A program made the position numbers and the translations under genes. A stretch of DNA of 64,000 nt from Alistipes sp. (GTDB taxonomy: Bacteria > Bacteroidota > Bacteroidia > Bacteroidales > Rikenellaceae). The stretch covers positions 7,119-71,118 of the forward strand of contig JAZQSN010000079.1 of assembly GCA_045630065.1 (NCBI GenBank), in the 5' to 3' direction. The notes beneath the pieces were generated by a model, which saw nothing but the letters and a program-made list of their open reading frames with translations, had not been told where the DNA came from and searched no databases. Position 1 is the stretch's first letter, and the number at the start of each line of letters is the position of its first letter. Below are positions 39,700 through 49,668 of this stretch, piece by piece.

Positions 39700-40113
39700 T
39701 TATTCTATCTCGAAGATTCGTTCTTCGCCATCACCTATCGTAATGCGCACCTCCATAACCGAATCGGGAATAAGTTCCTCGATTTTTTCTGGCCACTCCA
39801 CCAAGCACAAATCACCCGAGTAGAAATACTCCTCGTAGCCCAAATCGAACACCTCCTCGATACGGTCGATGCGGTAAAAATCGAAGTGATAGATTCGCAT
39901 CTGGGTACCCTCGTACTGATTAACCAGCGCAAAAGTGGGACTTGTCACCGTATCCTCGGCTCCCAAGCACTTGGCGATGCGGCTCACCAGCGTAGTCTTA
40001 CCTGCACCCATCGAGCCACGGAGCAATACCACTCGGCGCTCACCAAGTTCCTCAATAATGGACTCGGCCACGCGAGTCAGTTCCGACAATGAGTCAATCT
40101 CTATTCGCTTCAT
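39700..40113 (-). CDS. tsaE: tRNA t6A biosynthesis ATPase TsaE
   Basis: 'GSMGAGKTT', 'VTSPTFALVNQY', 'HFDFYRI' and 'LVEWPE'. Confidence 0.96.
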   Translation of the reverse strand: MKRIEIDSLSELTRVAESIIEELGERRVVLLRGSMGAGKTTLVSRIAKCLGAEDTVTSPTFALVNQYEGTQMRIYHFDFYRIDRIEEVFDLGYEEYFYSGDLCLVEWPEKIEELIPDSVMEVRITIGDGEERIFEIE

Positions 40114-40116
40114 ATA

Positions 40117-41676
40117 TTACTGATTTTTGGGTTTCAATACAATGTAGGGCACCATCATCTCCTCCATCGAAATGCCTCCGTGCTGGAAGGTATTGCGATA
40201 ATAGCGGATAAACTTGTTGGCGTCGTTGTTATAGACAAAGAAGTCGCGGTTGTAGGCGAAGATGTAGCTCGACGACAGGTTAATTCGTGGCAACATAATA
40301 TCCTCGGGACGCGTAACCTCGTACACCTCGCGGGCGTTATACTGCAGGTTACGACCTGTTTTGTAACGCAGATTGGTAGAAGTCTCCCTGTCGCCCGTAA
40401 TCTTCACAGGATTATCCACACGTATAGTACCGTGATCAGATGTAACTATCACTGTGTGACCACGCTCGGATAACATCTTCAGCAATTCAAAGAGTTCCGA
40501 ATGCTCGAACCACGAACGCGTGAGCGAGCGGAACGAAGCCTCATCCTCGGTAAGTTCGCGAATGATATCGGTCTCGGTGCGGGCGTGTGAGAGGATATCG
40601 AGGAAGTTATAGACGATAATTGAGAAGTCGGCATCGTAAACACGGCTGATATTATCGATTAGTTTGCGGCCAGCCTCGGGACGCACCAACTTATCGAAAG
40701 TCCAGCGGTAGTTCTTGCCCGCCATAGCCAACTGACGACGCAGGAACTCCTCCTCGTACTGATTTTTTCCGCCCTCCTCGTTGTCGTTGAGCCACTTATC
40801 AGGCATCATCCGGTCGATAGCCAACGGCATCAAGCCGGCAAATATAGCATTGCGGGCATACTGCGTAGCCGAGGGCAGGATGGCACAATAGAAGTCATCG
40901 ACAGCCACATCGTAATAGCCGTGAAGCAACGAATTGATGGCACGCCACTGGTCGTAGCGGAAGTTGTCGATCAAAAGCAAAGTGGTCTTGCTAGAATTAT
41001 CAACCACGGGGAATATCTTCTTACGCATCAAGGTGTGCGAGAGAACGGGAACCTCGCTCTCGTTGACACGTTTGTTTATCCAATTATAGTAGTTGCGACG
41101 CACAAACTTGCTGAACTCCTGATTGGCCTCGCTCTTCTGATAGGCTAACACCTCGCGTATGCTCGGGTCGGCCGCCGACGAGAGGTCAATCTCCCAACTG
41201 GTAATCTTACGATACAGAGTACTCCACGCCTCAAACGAGTCGGCGCCCTGACACATTGCCGATATGCGACCGAACTCTGCACGATAGTCGGCCGTAGTCT
41301 GCTCTGTAACAAGTTGCTGCGAATGGACATTCTTCTTAATCGAGAGCAGCACCTGATTGGGATTTACGGGCTTAATGATATAGTCGGCAATCTTCGAGCC
41401 GATGGCCTTGTCCATCAGATTCTCCTCCTCGCTCTTAGTCACCATAATGATGGGTGTGGTGGGGCGCACATCCTTAATCAGGGGAAGTGTCTCCAAGCCG
41501 GTCATACCAGGCATCATCTCATCAAGGATGATAAGGTCGTAAGAGGCCGTACGCACCATATCGATGGCGTCGTAGCCATTGTTACAGGTATCTACCTCGT
41601 AACCCTTATTCTGCAGGAAGAATATATGAGGCTTCAACAACTCAACCTCATCATCAACCCATAATATCTTTACCAT
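40117..41676 (-). CDS. porX: PorX-type response regulator (receiver plus PglZ/alkaline-phosphatase domain)
   Basis: 'ILWVDDE' and 'LDEMMPG' receiver; 'IDNFRYDQW', 'LPSATQYARNAIF', 'SDHG' and 'FQHGGISMEEM'; upstream of tsaE as is usual in Bacteroidota. Confidence 0.9.
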   Translation of the reverse strand: MVKILWVDDEVELLKPHIFFLQNKGYEVDTCNNGYDAIDMVRTASYDLIILDEMMPGMTGLETLPLIKDVRPTTPIIMVTKSEEENLMDKAIGSKIADYIIKPVNPNQVLLSIKKNVHSQQLVTEQTTADYRAEFGRISAMCQGADSFEAWSTLYRKITSWEIDLSSAADPSIREVLAYQKSEANQEFSKFVRRNYYNWINKRVNESEVPVLSHTLMRKKIFPVVDNSSKTTLLLIDNFRYDQWRAINSLLHGYYDVAVDDFYCAILPSATQYARNAIFAGLMPLAIDRMMPDKWLNDNEEGGKNQYEEEFLRRQLAMAGKNYRWTFDKLVRPEAGRKLIDNISRVYDADFSIIVYNFLDILSHARTETDIIRELTEDEASFRSLTRSWFEHSELFELLKMLSERGHTVIVTSDHGTIRVDNPVKITGDRETSTNLRYKTGRNLQYNAREVYEVTRPEDIMLPRINLSSSYIFAYNRDFFVYNNDANKFIRYYRNTFQHGGISMEEMMVPYIVLKPKNQ

Positions 41677-41704
41677 AAATCCTAAATTTACATTATTCGT
41701 TGCA

Positions 41705-42373
41705 CTACTCCTCACCTAAGAACGCCTCAAAGACAGTTTTAATTGTGGGGAAGGTGTTTTTTATTCTTGAGGCTATCTCTTCACGCGATACCCACTCGGC
41801 ACAAACGATACCCTCTTCGCCCTGCGGATGCAGAGTGCAATCCCGAGCCCGCATAGCATACCAGGCAGTGAGTTTAAGTTCCCAACGTCCATAGAGGTTA
41901 TAGGCGTGGAGTGTGGTTGCTAGCAGACGGCCAACGCTATCTACCTTCACGCCAGTCTCCTCCTCGGCTTCGCGTGCAGCACACTGGGCAAAAAGTTCAC
42001 CTTGCTCACGATGGCCTTTGGGCAGATCCCATCGCTCGTTGCGACAAATCATAACCACCTCGCCACGCTCATTCTCAACGGCTCCTCCGGCCGCCTCAAC
42101 CCACACCATCTGTGCGGCAAAGGCTTCGAATGCGGCCATAGGATCGGGGGTCAAAACCACTACAGTTTTGTAATTCTCAAGAAAAGTGATTAACTTCGCT
42201 CTGGAAACCAATGAGGCATCCTCCACAGGCACTACAAAAGCCAGCGGATCGGGACGTGTAGCAAAGCGTAACTCGCGCATAGCAAACCACACACATATGG
42301 AACCATCGGCTGCGATGGGCACCGTCAATCCCTGCTCGGCGGCTGTGGTGCGGTATGATGAGAGTGTATTCAT
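41705..42373 (-). CDS. NUDIX hydrolase
   Basis: Nudix box 'WDLPKGHREQGELFAQCAAREAEEETGV'. Start trimmed to MNTLSS because the longer ORF overlaps the divergent peptidase; TATTTTTG at 42396-42403. Confidence 0.85.
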   Translation of the reverse strand: MNTLSSYRTTAAEQGLTVPIAADGSICVWFAMRELRFATRPDPLAFVVPVEDASLVSRAKLITFLENYKTVVVLTPDPMAAFEAFAAQMVWVEAAGGAVENERGEVVMICRNERWDLPKGHREQGELFAQCAAREAEEETGVKVDSVGRLLATTLHAYNLYGRWELKLTAWYAMRARDCTLHPQGEEGIVCAEWVSREEIASRIKNTFPTIKTVFEAFLGEE

Positions 42374-42434
42374 ACAAAAAATCGGTTTCCAAAGACAAAA
42401 ATAAGAAATTGAAGTTAAACCTCGAATAGAATCT

Positions 42435-44558
42435 ATGAAAAAATTAACCTTTATTATGGCTATTGCAGCATTAACGCTCGGCGCCTGCGCTCCCAAGGAG
42501 CAGGGCTCAGCGCTTGAAATCGACAATACGCTCACCGCAGAGCAGATTGCCGAGGCTCGTTTTACTCCCGATGTGATGTGGAAGATGGGGCGTCTGGGTG
42601 GCGCAGCACTCTCGCCCGATGGCAAGACTGCACTCTACACCGTGACATATTACAGCGTGGCTGAAAACCGCAGCTTGACACAAATCTACACTCGCGACAT
42701 GGCGTCGGGCGAGCAGAAGGCTCTTACCGACAACACGTCGAGCAACTCCGACGCACAGTGGAGTGCCGATGGCTCGCTCATCTACTTTACCTCGGCTCGT
42801 AGTGGCTCGGCACAAGTATGGCAGATGAAGGCCGATGGCTCGGCACAGAAGCAGCTAACAAACGTAGAGGGTGGCATTGAGGGTTACGGCATTGCACCCA
42901 CAGGCGACAAGTTATTCTATGTAAAGAAGGTACACGCTGCCGATATAAAGTCATCGGACGTACACAAGGATATGGACAAGTCGCAGGCTCGCATCTACGA
43001 CGATTTGATGGCCCGCCACTGGAACTATTGGGATGAGGGCGAGTATAGCCACATCTTCGTGGCCGAGATTGCGGCCGATGGCGTGAAGAACGACAAGGAT
43101 ATCCTTGGCGCCGATGCTGCGTGGGATGCTCCTTTGGCGCCCTACTTCGACGTAACGGAGATTGCTTGGAGCAATAACGGCAAGATGCTGGCCTACACCT
43201 GCAAGCCCTTAACAGGCACAGAGTATGCCATCTCAACCGACTCGGATATATTTATATATAATACCGAGGATGGCTCAACACTCAACATCAACAAGATTCT
43301 CACCAATCGCGGTATGCGCATTATGGAGTTTGTGGGTTACGACCGCTACCCCGTCTGGTCACCCGATGACTCACAGTTGGCATTCTGCTCGATGGCAACA
43401 CCGGGCTATGAGTCTGACAAGGATCGCCTGTTTGTCTACGACCTTGCTTCGCAGCAGCATTCATACCTCACACCCGACTTCGACCACAGCGCATCAAACG
43501 TGATCTGGAAGGACAACTCAACACTCTACTTCCTCTCACCCATCGAAGGCACACAGCAGATTTGCAAGGTGGCAATAGATGCAAAGAAGGTGGATGTAAT
43601 CACCGCGGGCGACCACGACATCGCAACGATGAGCATCGCAGGCGACAAGTGTCTTACAACGCTGATGACAATCAGCCGCGACAAGGAGATTTACGAGGCT
43701 AACCTTGCGGATGGCTCACTCACACAGCTCTCAAATATCAATGCCCACGTCTACGACAACGTTAAGATGGGCGAGGTGCAGAAGCGTTGGATTAAGACCA
43801 CCGATGGCAAGGAGATGCTCACTTGGGTTATCCTTCCGCCCGACTTCGATCCCACGAAGAAGTATCCCACTCTGCTCTATTGCGAGGGTGGTCCTCAGAG
43901 CGTAGTATCGCAGGGCTGGAGCTATCGTTGGAACTTCCAGCTGATGGCATCGCAGGGCTATGTAGTAGTTGCCCCCAACCGCCGTGGCTGTCCCTCGTTC
44001 GGTAGCGAGTGGCGCGAGCAGATTTCGGGTGACTATGCAGGCCAAAACATTCAGGACTACCTGGCCGCTATCGACACTGTAGCCAAGGAGCCTTGGTGCG
44101 ACACCGATAATTTGGGTTGCGTAGGTGCTTCGTATGGCGGTTACTCAGTATATTACCTGGCTGGTAACCACGACAAGCGTTTCAAGGCATTTATCTCACA
44201 CTGCGGTATTTTCAACTTCGAGTCAATGTATGGCGAGACCGAGGAGTTGTTCTTTATCAACCACGACTACGGCGGCAACTATTGGGACAAGTCTAACAAG
44301 GTGGCACAGCGTTCATATGCCAACTCACCTCACAAGTTTGTCGACAAGTGGGATACACCCATTATGATTATCACAGGTGAGTACGACTTCCGCATCCCCT
44401 ACACTCAGTCGTTGCAGGCCTTCACCGCAGCACGTCTGAAGGGTGTGGACTCTCGTCTTGTGGAGTTTGAGAACGAGGGCCATCAGGTATTCAAGCCCCA
44501 GAACTCAATCGTATGGAACCGCGAGTTCTTCGGCTGGCTGGACAAGTATTTGAAATAA
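42435..44558 (+). CDS. S9 family peptidase (dipeptidyl-peptidase 5-like) lipoprotein
   Basis: Lipobox LGAC, beta-propeller, 'EGGPQ', catalytic 'GASYGG', 'DFRIP' and 'EGH'. Confidence 0.92.
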   Translation: MKKLTFIMAIAALTLGACAPKEQGSALEIDNTLTAEQIAEARFTPDVMWKMGRLGGAALSPDGKTALYTVTYYSVAENRSLTQIYTRDMASGEQKALTDNTSSNSDAQWSADGSLIYFTSARSGSAQVWQMKADGSAQKQLTNVEGGIEGYGIAPTGDKLFYVKKVHAADIKSSDVHKDMDKSQARIYDDLMARHWNYWDEGEYSHIFVAEIAADGVKNDKDILGADAAWDAPLAPYFDVTEIAWSNNGKMLAYTCKPLTGTEYAISTDSDIFIYNTEDGSTLNINKILTNRGMRIMEFVGYDRYPVWSPDDSQLAFCSMATPGYESDKDRLFVYDLASQQHSYLTPDFDHSASNVIWKDNSTLYFLSPIEGTQQICKVAIDAKKVDVITAGDHDIATMSIAGDKCLTTLMTISRDKEIYEANLADGSLTQLSNINAHVYDNVKMGEVQKRWIKTTDGKEMLTWVILPPDFDPTKKYPTLLYCEGGPQSVVSQGWSYRWNFQLMASQGYVVVAPNRRGCPSFGSEWREQISGDYAGQNIQDYLAAIDTVAKEPWCDTDNLGCVGASYGGYSVYYLAGNHDKRFKAFISHCGIFNFESMYGETEELFFINHDYGGNYWDKSNKVAQRSYANSPHKFVDKWDTPIMIITGEYDFRIPYTQSLQAFTAARLKGVDSRLVEFENEGHQVFKPQNSIVWNREFFGWLDKYLK

Positions 44559-44575
44559 CGTTTCAGCATAAACAC

Positions 44576-44610
44576 AAAAAAAGGGTGCCTAATTGTTGGG
44601 CACCCTTTTT
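44576..44610. terminator. Bidirectional intrinsic terminator
   Basis: aaaaaagggtgcctaa-ttg-ttgggcacccttttt between convergent genes. Confidence 0.85.
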
Positions 44611-44625
44611 ATTTATGGTGTATTA

Positions 44626-45075
44626 CTACAAGGCGATCTTAAAGATACACTTCTTAACACGACCCTGGCCAAGCATAGGAGCGTGACCATCCTCGGGGAA
44701 GAGAATTGAGAACTGACCCTCGCCTACGCTATAGAAGCACTGAGGAGTGTCGGTGAAGAGTTGAATATCCTTAGCCACGTCAAAATCGGTCTCGGGAGTA
44801 AGGCAATCCTTCTTCTCGCTCCAACCGAATACCTCGTTGGGACCGCTCAACAACAACTGAATATCGATATACTTGCGGTGAAGCTCGAGGCGAGCCTCCT
44901 TAAGCTCACGCAAATCCAACTCCTGCACTACCACAAAGATGTTGTCGCCGTCGATTTCGTGACGACCGCAAGGCATTGATGCTACATCGTTATTGTCGAT
45001 AAAATCGAACACCTGCTGAAAGCGAGGATGCAAGGCGGCATACTGCGCTTTGTTTTTTAATGAATCGAGAATCAT
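44626..45075 (-). CDS. YhcH/YjgK/YiaL (DUF386) family protein
   Basis: 'GRHEIDGDNIF', 'ELHRKYIDIQ' and 'LFPEDGHAP'. Confidence 0.9.
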   Translation of the reverse strand: MILDSLKNKAQYAALHPRFQQVFDFIDNNDVASMPCGRHEIDGDNIFVVVQELDLRELKEARLELHRKYIDIQLLLSGPNEVFGWSEKKDCLTPETDFDVAKDIQLFTDTPQCFYSVGEGQFSILFPEDGHAPMLGQGRVKKCIFKIAL

Positions 45076-45087
45076 AACTTATCTGGG

Positions 45088-46389
45088 TTAATTGGTTTTT
45101 CCGTTATATAGAAGTCGCACAAACACAGGATAGTGGTCCGAATAGAGCACCTGATTATTTACCCAATAGTTTGTACTGTCGCCCTCATAGGCTTCGTCCG
45201 ACTCAACAAGCCCATCGAACGATGGCAAATCCTGCTGGTAGCCGTATGTACGACGCCATACCGTATCGCGTATACCTCGTTGTCGACGCGCCACTCGCTC
45301 GAGTGTCCACGAATCGATGATCTCATACGACAGAGGCTCAAACTCATCGCTACACATTACATAGTCGATACGCAACATATCGTAGAATCCCCGATAGGTG
45401 TGCGAGTAGCCACGGCCAACCTCGGGAAACGCATCCTGCAGTTGGCGTGCAATGGTGCGATAGGTGTAAGATATGGGGGTATCATTAAAGTCGCCGCACA
45501 CAATGGCCGGATAGGGCGACGTGGCCACCATCTGTGCCAAGGTATCGACCTGCGGAGCACGCAAGCGGTTGTTCTCGGTAAGACGAGTAAGCATACTGCG
45601 TACCTGCTGCAGGCTATCATCCTCGAGATACTCGTGACGCTCGATATACTCGCTGTCGTCACGGCGAATAGCTGTGGTGTGAAGATGTGTGCTGAATACT
45701 CGCAGAGTATCCTCATTGCCACCCTGCTTTACAACCACATCGGCCCACACAAAGTTTTTCAGCGAATCGACACGACCCGCACGAATGATGGGATAACGGC
45801 TATAGATGGCTGGGCTTAGATTCACACGCGAGAGCGACTTGGGCATAGGATGAAGCGGAGCAAGAAGAGAATCGGCTATATCGCTGAAACCCATCTCCTG
45901 CAGACACAATATATCGGGATTTATCACTTTGAGCATTGCCACAAGCGAGTCGATGCATCGACCACCCTCGTCGTCGATAAAACTACGCACATTATAGCTC
46001 ACTACCTTCAGAGCACGGCTATCGTAGCGGGGGCGCAGGTTAGGCTCTGTGTAGACACGGCGGGTTTCTACCTTATAAAATAGAGGTAACTGAAACAATC
46101 CGAACAGCGACACCAACACCATAAACGTAGCAATGACCACCTTCCAACGCACAATCCAATAGAGCGTAACGAAGGCCTGTGCAGCATAGATAAACGGAGC
46201 GACGAGGCCCAACGTAGTAATTTCGCCCCACTCGCGCGGGTCGAGCACAGGCACGAAGAGCGTGGCGATGAAGATTACGACCACACACAACGACACCACT
46301 CCCATAATCATATCGAGGAGTAGTCCCAATGCCGAGCGACGACGATTACGCGCCAAGGAGGAGTATGTTTTGCCGTAATATTCAGCCAT
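45088..46389 (-). CDS. Membrane-anchored endonuclease/exonuclease/phosphatase family protein
   Basis: Three N-terminal TMs; 'VVSYNV', 'DILCLQE', 'VCGDFND', 'RIDY' and 'SDHYPV'. Confidence 0.88.
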   Translation of the reverse strand: MAEYYGKTYSSLARNRRRSALGLLLDMIMGVVSLCVVVIFIATLFVPVLDPREWGEITTLGLVAPFIYAAQAFVTLYWIVRWKVVIATFMVLVSLFGLFQLPLFYKVETRRVYTEPNLRPRYDSRALKVVSYNVRSFIDDEGGRCIDSLVAMLKVINPDILCLQEMGFSDIADSLLAPLHPMPKSLSRVNLSPAIYSRYPIIRAGRVDSLKNFVWADVVVKQGGNEDTLRVFSTHLHTTAIRRDDSEYIERHEYLEDDSLQQVRSMLTRLTENNRLRAPQVDTLAQMVATSPYPAIVCGDFNDTPISYTYRTIARQLQDAFPEVGRGYSHTYRGFYDMLRIDYVMCSDEFEPLSYEIIDSWTLERVARRQRGIRDTVWRRTYGYQQDLPSFDGLVESDEAYEGDSTNYWVNNQVLYSDHYPVFVRLLYNGKTN

Positions 46390-46395
46390 AGTGCT

Positions 46396-47052
46396 TTAGA
46401 AGAAGATCTTACGTTGCTTTTTCCACCAATAGAGCAGAGCCAGACCCCACAGCATACCTCCGAGGTGAGCAAAGTGTGCCACACCCGACTGATAGCCCGA
46501 CAGACCGAAGAAGAGCTCCAGCAAACCGTAGATTACCACAAACCACTTGGCCTTCATCGCAATGGGCGGGAAGATAAGCATAATCACATTGTTGGGATGC
46601 AACACGCCAAACGCCAACAGCAGGCCAAACACCGCACCCGAGGCACCCACCGTGGGTACATACAAGAGCTGCATAGCCGACTGCAATCCGCCCGCTGCGA
46701 CAGCGTGCTGATACTCGGCATAGCCAACGCCCAACTGCAACAATGCGGCACCTACACCACATACCATATAATAGGTAAAGAATCGCTGCGAACCCAACTC
46801 ATACTCCAGCTGACGGCCAAACATCCATAGCGCGAACATATTGAAGAAGAGGTGCGACACGCCTCCGTGCAGGAACATATAGGTAAAGAGCTGATAACTG
46901 TGATAGAGCGGGCTCTGGGCATTGAACAACGCAAAGCGCATCATCAACTCATCGCCAAAGGGCAACAATGTTGTTGCGAGCAACGCCACACAGTTGGCTA
47001 TAATAAGATTCTTCACCACCGGTGGGGTGGAAGGTTTTCTGTATACGTACAT
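46396..47052 (-). CDS. Rhomboid intramembrane serine protease
   Basis: 'YMFLHGG..HLFFNM', 'VGASGA' and 'AHFAHLGG'. Confidence 0.93.
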   Translation of the reverse strand: MYVYRKPSTPPVVKNLIIANCVALLATTLLPFGDELMMRFALFNAQSPLYHSYQLFTYMFLHGGVSHLFFNMFALWMFGRQLEYELGSQRFFTYYMVCGVGAALLQLGVGYAEYQHAVAAGGLQSAMQLLYVPTVGASGAVFGLLLAFGVLHPNNVIMLIFPPIAMKAKWFVVIYGLLELFFGLSGYQSGVAHFAHLGGMLWGLALLYWWKKQRKIFF

Positions 47053-47084
47053 ATTTTATTATCTCTGGCCTTACGGCCTAACTA

Positions 47085-49160
47085 TTAATTCAACTTCGAT
47101 TTAAGCTCCTCGGTTGTAAGCGGAACCATAATGCTGCGTCCCGAGGGGGTAAAACTATAATTCTCGCACTTAGCAAGGCTCTGCAACATTGCCATTGCCT
47201 CATCGCTCGTAAGTCCCTGCTCCGAAAGGCGTGAGCCTCTTACTGCCATCACTCGAGCCATATCGCTACGCATTCGCTCGGTGGCATTGCCCTGCGAGGC
47301 AATCTCCTGCAATAACTCGTAGAGTAGCGTATCGGCCTGCTCACCTGTAATGCTCGATGGGATGGCGTTAAGCTCCACTACCCCATCAGGCAGCAACGAA
47401 AGCTCAAAGCCAAGAGCTGCGAACTCCACCTCGTGCTCGGCAAGCAACTGATAATCCTCCTCATCCAAGGTTAAACACTCGGGGAAGAGCAACTTCTGCG
47501 AAGCCATCGAGCCAACGCCAAGTTGTTTGATATATGAGTCGTAGAGTATACGCTCCTTGGCTCGGCGCAAATCAACTATCATCGCCTGCGCTCCGCTCAT
47601 TGCTATGGCATAACCACTCGCAAGAGGCATAACGCTCGAGAACGAGAGCGCCTGCTCATACTCTATCTGGCTCTGCACAACAGTGGGCACAAACTCCAAT
47701 GTGCTATGCTCGGCATCTGTCTCCTGTTCAATCTCGGTCTGGAGTTCGAACTCAACCTCAGGAGCCGAGAAAGAGGACTCTATCTCGCTACAATTATCCA
47801 ACTCCACCTCGCTCGACCACTCAAACGTCACCTCACTATGGGGTGGAGTCTGCGGCACAGCCGAGAGAGCAAAGTCACTCACCGCTGCCATATCCTGCCA
47901 CGCCACATCGTGAAGGCTGCTACTTGGAGCCTTGGGCTTGGACGAAGGCGAAGGTATCTGCATACGACTACGCTGCGCACACTCAAAGGGGTCGTCGAAA
48001 GCGGACTCTATCTCAACCGATGGCTCCACCGCATCAACATAATCCTCACGGAAAGGGTTATAGTCGCTCTGCGACGTACTGCGCGGCTCAGCATAGTTTG
48101 CCTTGGGTGCGCTACCCAGCACGGGAATATCGATTGCAACGCTATTCTCAAAATCCATCATCGCCACGCTACCACTCTTGGCAAGCGTACTACGCACGGC
48201 CGCCGTAACAATCTGATTGACCTCCTCGGCATCAGCAAAGTGCACATCGGTCTTATGCGGTGACACATTCACATCGACGCGCTCGGGATCAACTGTGAGG
48301 TAGAGAAAATATGATGGGTACTCCTTTTCGGGTATCAACTTCTCGTATGCCTTCATTATGGCACGATAGATTCGCTGTGAATTGAAGTAACGACCATTGA
48401 CAAAGAGATACTGCTCGGCATTACGTTGCTTAGCCGCTGATGGGCGACCCACATAGCCCTGCACCTTGACAATAGTAGTATCGACATCGACCTCCAGCAG
48501 ATTGCTCTTAATGTGACGGCCCACAACCCCTATAATTCGCTCCTGCAACGACGCTGCGGGCAGGGTGATAATAGGCATATCGTTCGACAAGAGTTCGAAA
48601 CGAATCTGCGGATTACACAACGCTACCTGGCGGAACACTCGCTTGATGGCATTGACCATCTTGGTGCGATCGCTATTGAACTTGCGGCGTGCGGGAGCCG
48701 TGTAGAAGAGATTACGTACCAAAAACTGCGAACCCACTGGGCACATCGTAGGTGTTTGCGAGATAAACTCACCTCCATTAACGATGGTAATAGTGCCTAT
48801 CTCATCGTTGGCCTGACGTGTGCGTAACTCCACCTGCGCTACGGCTGCAATCGAGGCTAGCGCCTCGCCACGAAATCCGAAGGTCTGCAGACGATAGACA
48901 TCCTCGAAGTTCTCAATCTTACTCGTAGCGTGACGGTCGAAGGCCATACGCGCATCAATAGGCGACATACCGCAACCATCATCCACGATTTGTATGAGTT
49001 CCAAACCCGCATTACGGAAGTTGACCGTCACCGACGACGCACCCGCGTCAATGGAGTTCTCCATCATCTCCTTAATGGCTGATGCTGGATTATCCACGAC
49101 CTCGCCAGCCGCAATCTGGTTGGCTACAATCTCGGGAAGGAGTCGTATTTTGTTCTCCAT
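47085..49160 (-). CDS. mutL: DNA mismatch repair protein MutL
   Basis: 'NQIAAGEV', 'ENSIDAG' and 'GFRGEALASI'; long acidic linker; C-terminal dimerisation domain. Confidence 0.95.
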   Translation of the reverse strand: MENKIRLLPEIVANQIAAGEVVDNPASAIKEMMENSIDAGASSVTVNFRNAGLELIQIVDDGCGMSPIDARMAFDRHATSKIENFEDVYRLQTFGFRGEALASIAAVAQVELRTRQANDEIGTITIVNGGEFISQTPTMCPVGSQFLVRNLFYTAPARRKFNSDRTKMVNAIKRVFRQVALCNPQIRFELLSNDMPIITLPAASLQERIIGVVGRHIKSNLLEVDVDTTIVKVQGYVGRPSAAKQRNAEQYLFVNGRYFNSQRIYRAIMKAYEKLIPEKEYPSYFLYLTVDPERVDVNVSPHKTDVHFADAEEVNQIVTAAVRSTLAKSGSVAMMDFENSVAIDIPVLGSAPKANYAEPRSTSQSDYNPFREDYVDAVEPSVEIESAFDDPFECAQRSRMQIPSPSSKPKAPSSSLHDVAWQDMAAVSDFALSAVPQTPPHSEVTFEWSSEVELDNCSEIESSFSAPEVEFELQTEIEQETDAEHSTLEFVPTVVQSQIEYEQALSFSSVMPLASGYAIAMSGAQAMIVDLRRAKERILYDSYIKQLGVGSMASQKLLFPECLTLDEEDYQLLAEHEVEFAALGFELSLLPDGVVELNAIPSSITGEQADTLLYELLQEIASQGNATERMRSDMARVMAVRGSRLSEQGLTSDEAMAMLQSLAKCENYSFTPSGRSIMVPLTTEELKSKLN

Positions 49161-49182
49161 TTTGGGGTTTGGGGTTATTTAA

Positions 49183-49644
49183 CTATTCAAATTTAATATC
49201 GGTAATCTCCAACTCATCGCCCTCCTCATAGTCGTTGGGCACGATGACGATGGGCGCATAGGGGTCGAACTCTTTATACTCGTTCATCTGACGCTCAACC
49301 TGCTTCGACGAGGCTGAATTTGATGTAGCCATCTCGAAGATTTCGCCGATGCGGGGCACAAGCACATAAATAAAGATGGCGATCAATACCAATCCTAAGC
49401 CCATAGTGAGCATCTTGTTTCGTTTGTCGGAATTGCGCTCCTTCTGCTCCTTCATTCGGCGGAATTCACGAGCCTCGCGCTTGGCTTTAATATACTGGCC
49501 GGGCTCATACTCGCCTCTCTCGGCCATACGCTCGCCACGAAGCTCGGCACGGCGCTGCTCTCTCTCCTCCTTTACGGGATCGTAGTAACGCGGAATATAG
49601 TTGAACTTATTGGCGTGACGCTTATGCGGTGAAAAAAATCCCAT
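49183..49644 (-). CDS. Conserved hypothetical single-TM protein
   Basis: 'KFNYIPRYYDP' motif familiar from Bacteroidota hypothetical proteins; one TM helix; operon context. Confidence 0.65.
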   Translation of the reverse strand: MGFFSPHKRHANKFNYIPRYYDPVKEEREQRRAELRGERMAERGEYEPGQYIKAKREAREFRRMKEQKERNSDKRNKMLTMGLGLVLIAIFIYVLVPRIGEIFEMATSNSASSKQVERQMNEYKEFDPYAPIVIVPNDYEEGDELEITDIKFE

Positions 49645-49668
49645 AATATTGATTATTTACGGTTTATA

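Noticed and set aside
40117-41676. PglZ domain as a sign of a BREX defence system
   Set aside because: The domain is fused to a receiver domain next to tsaE (PorX architecture) and no brx/pglX genes are present.
42374-42625. N-terminal extension of the NUDIX ORF given in the track
   Set aside because: It overlaps the divergent peptidase gene and extends past the likely promoter motif at 42396-42403.
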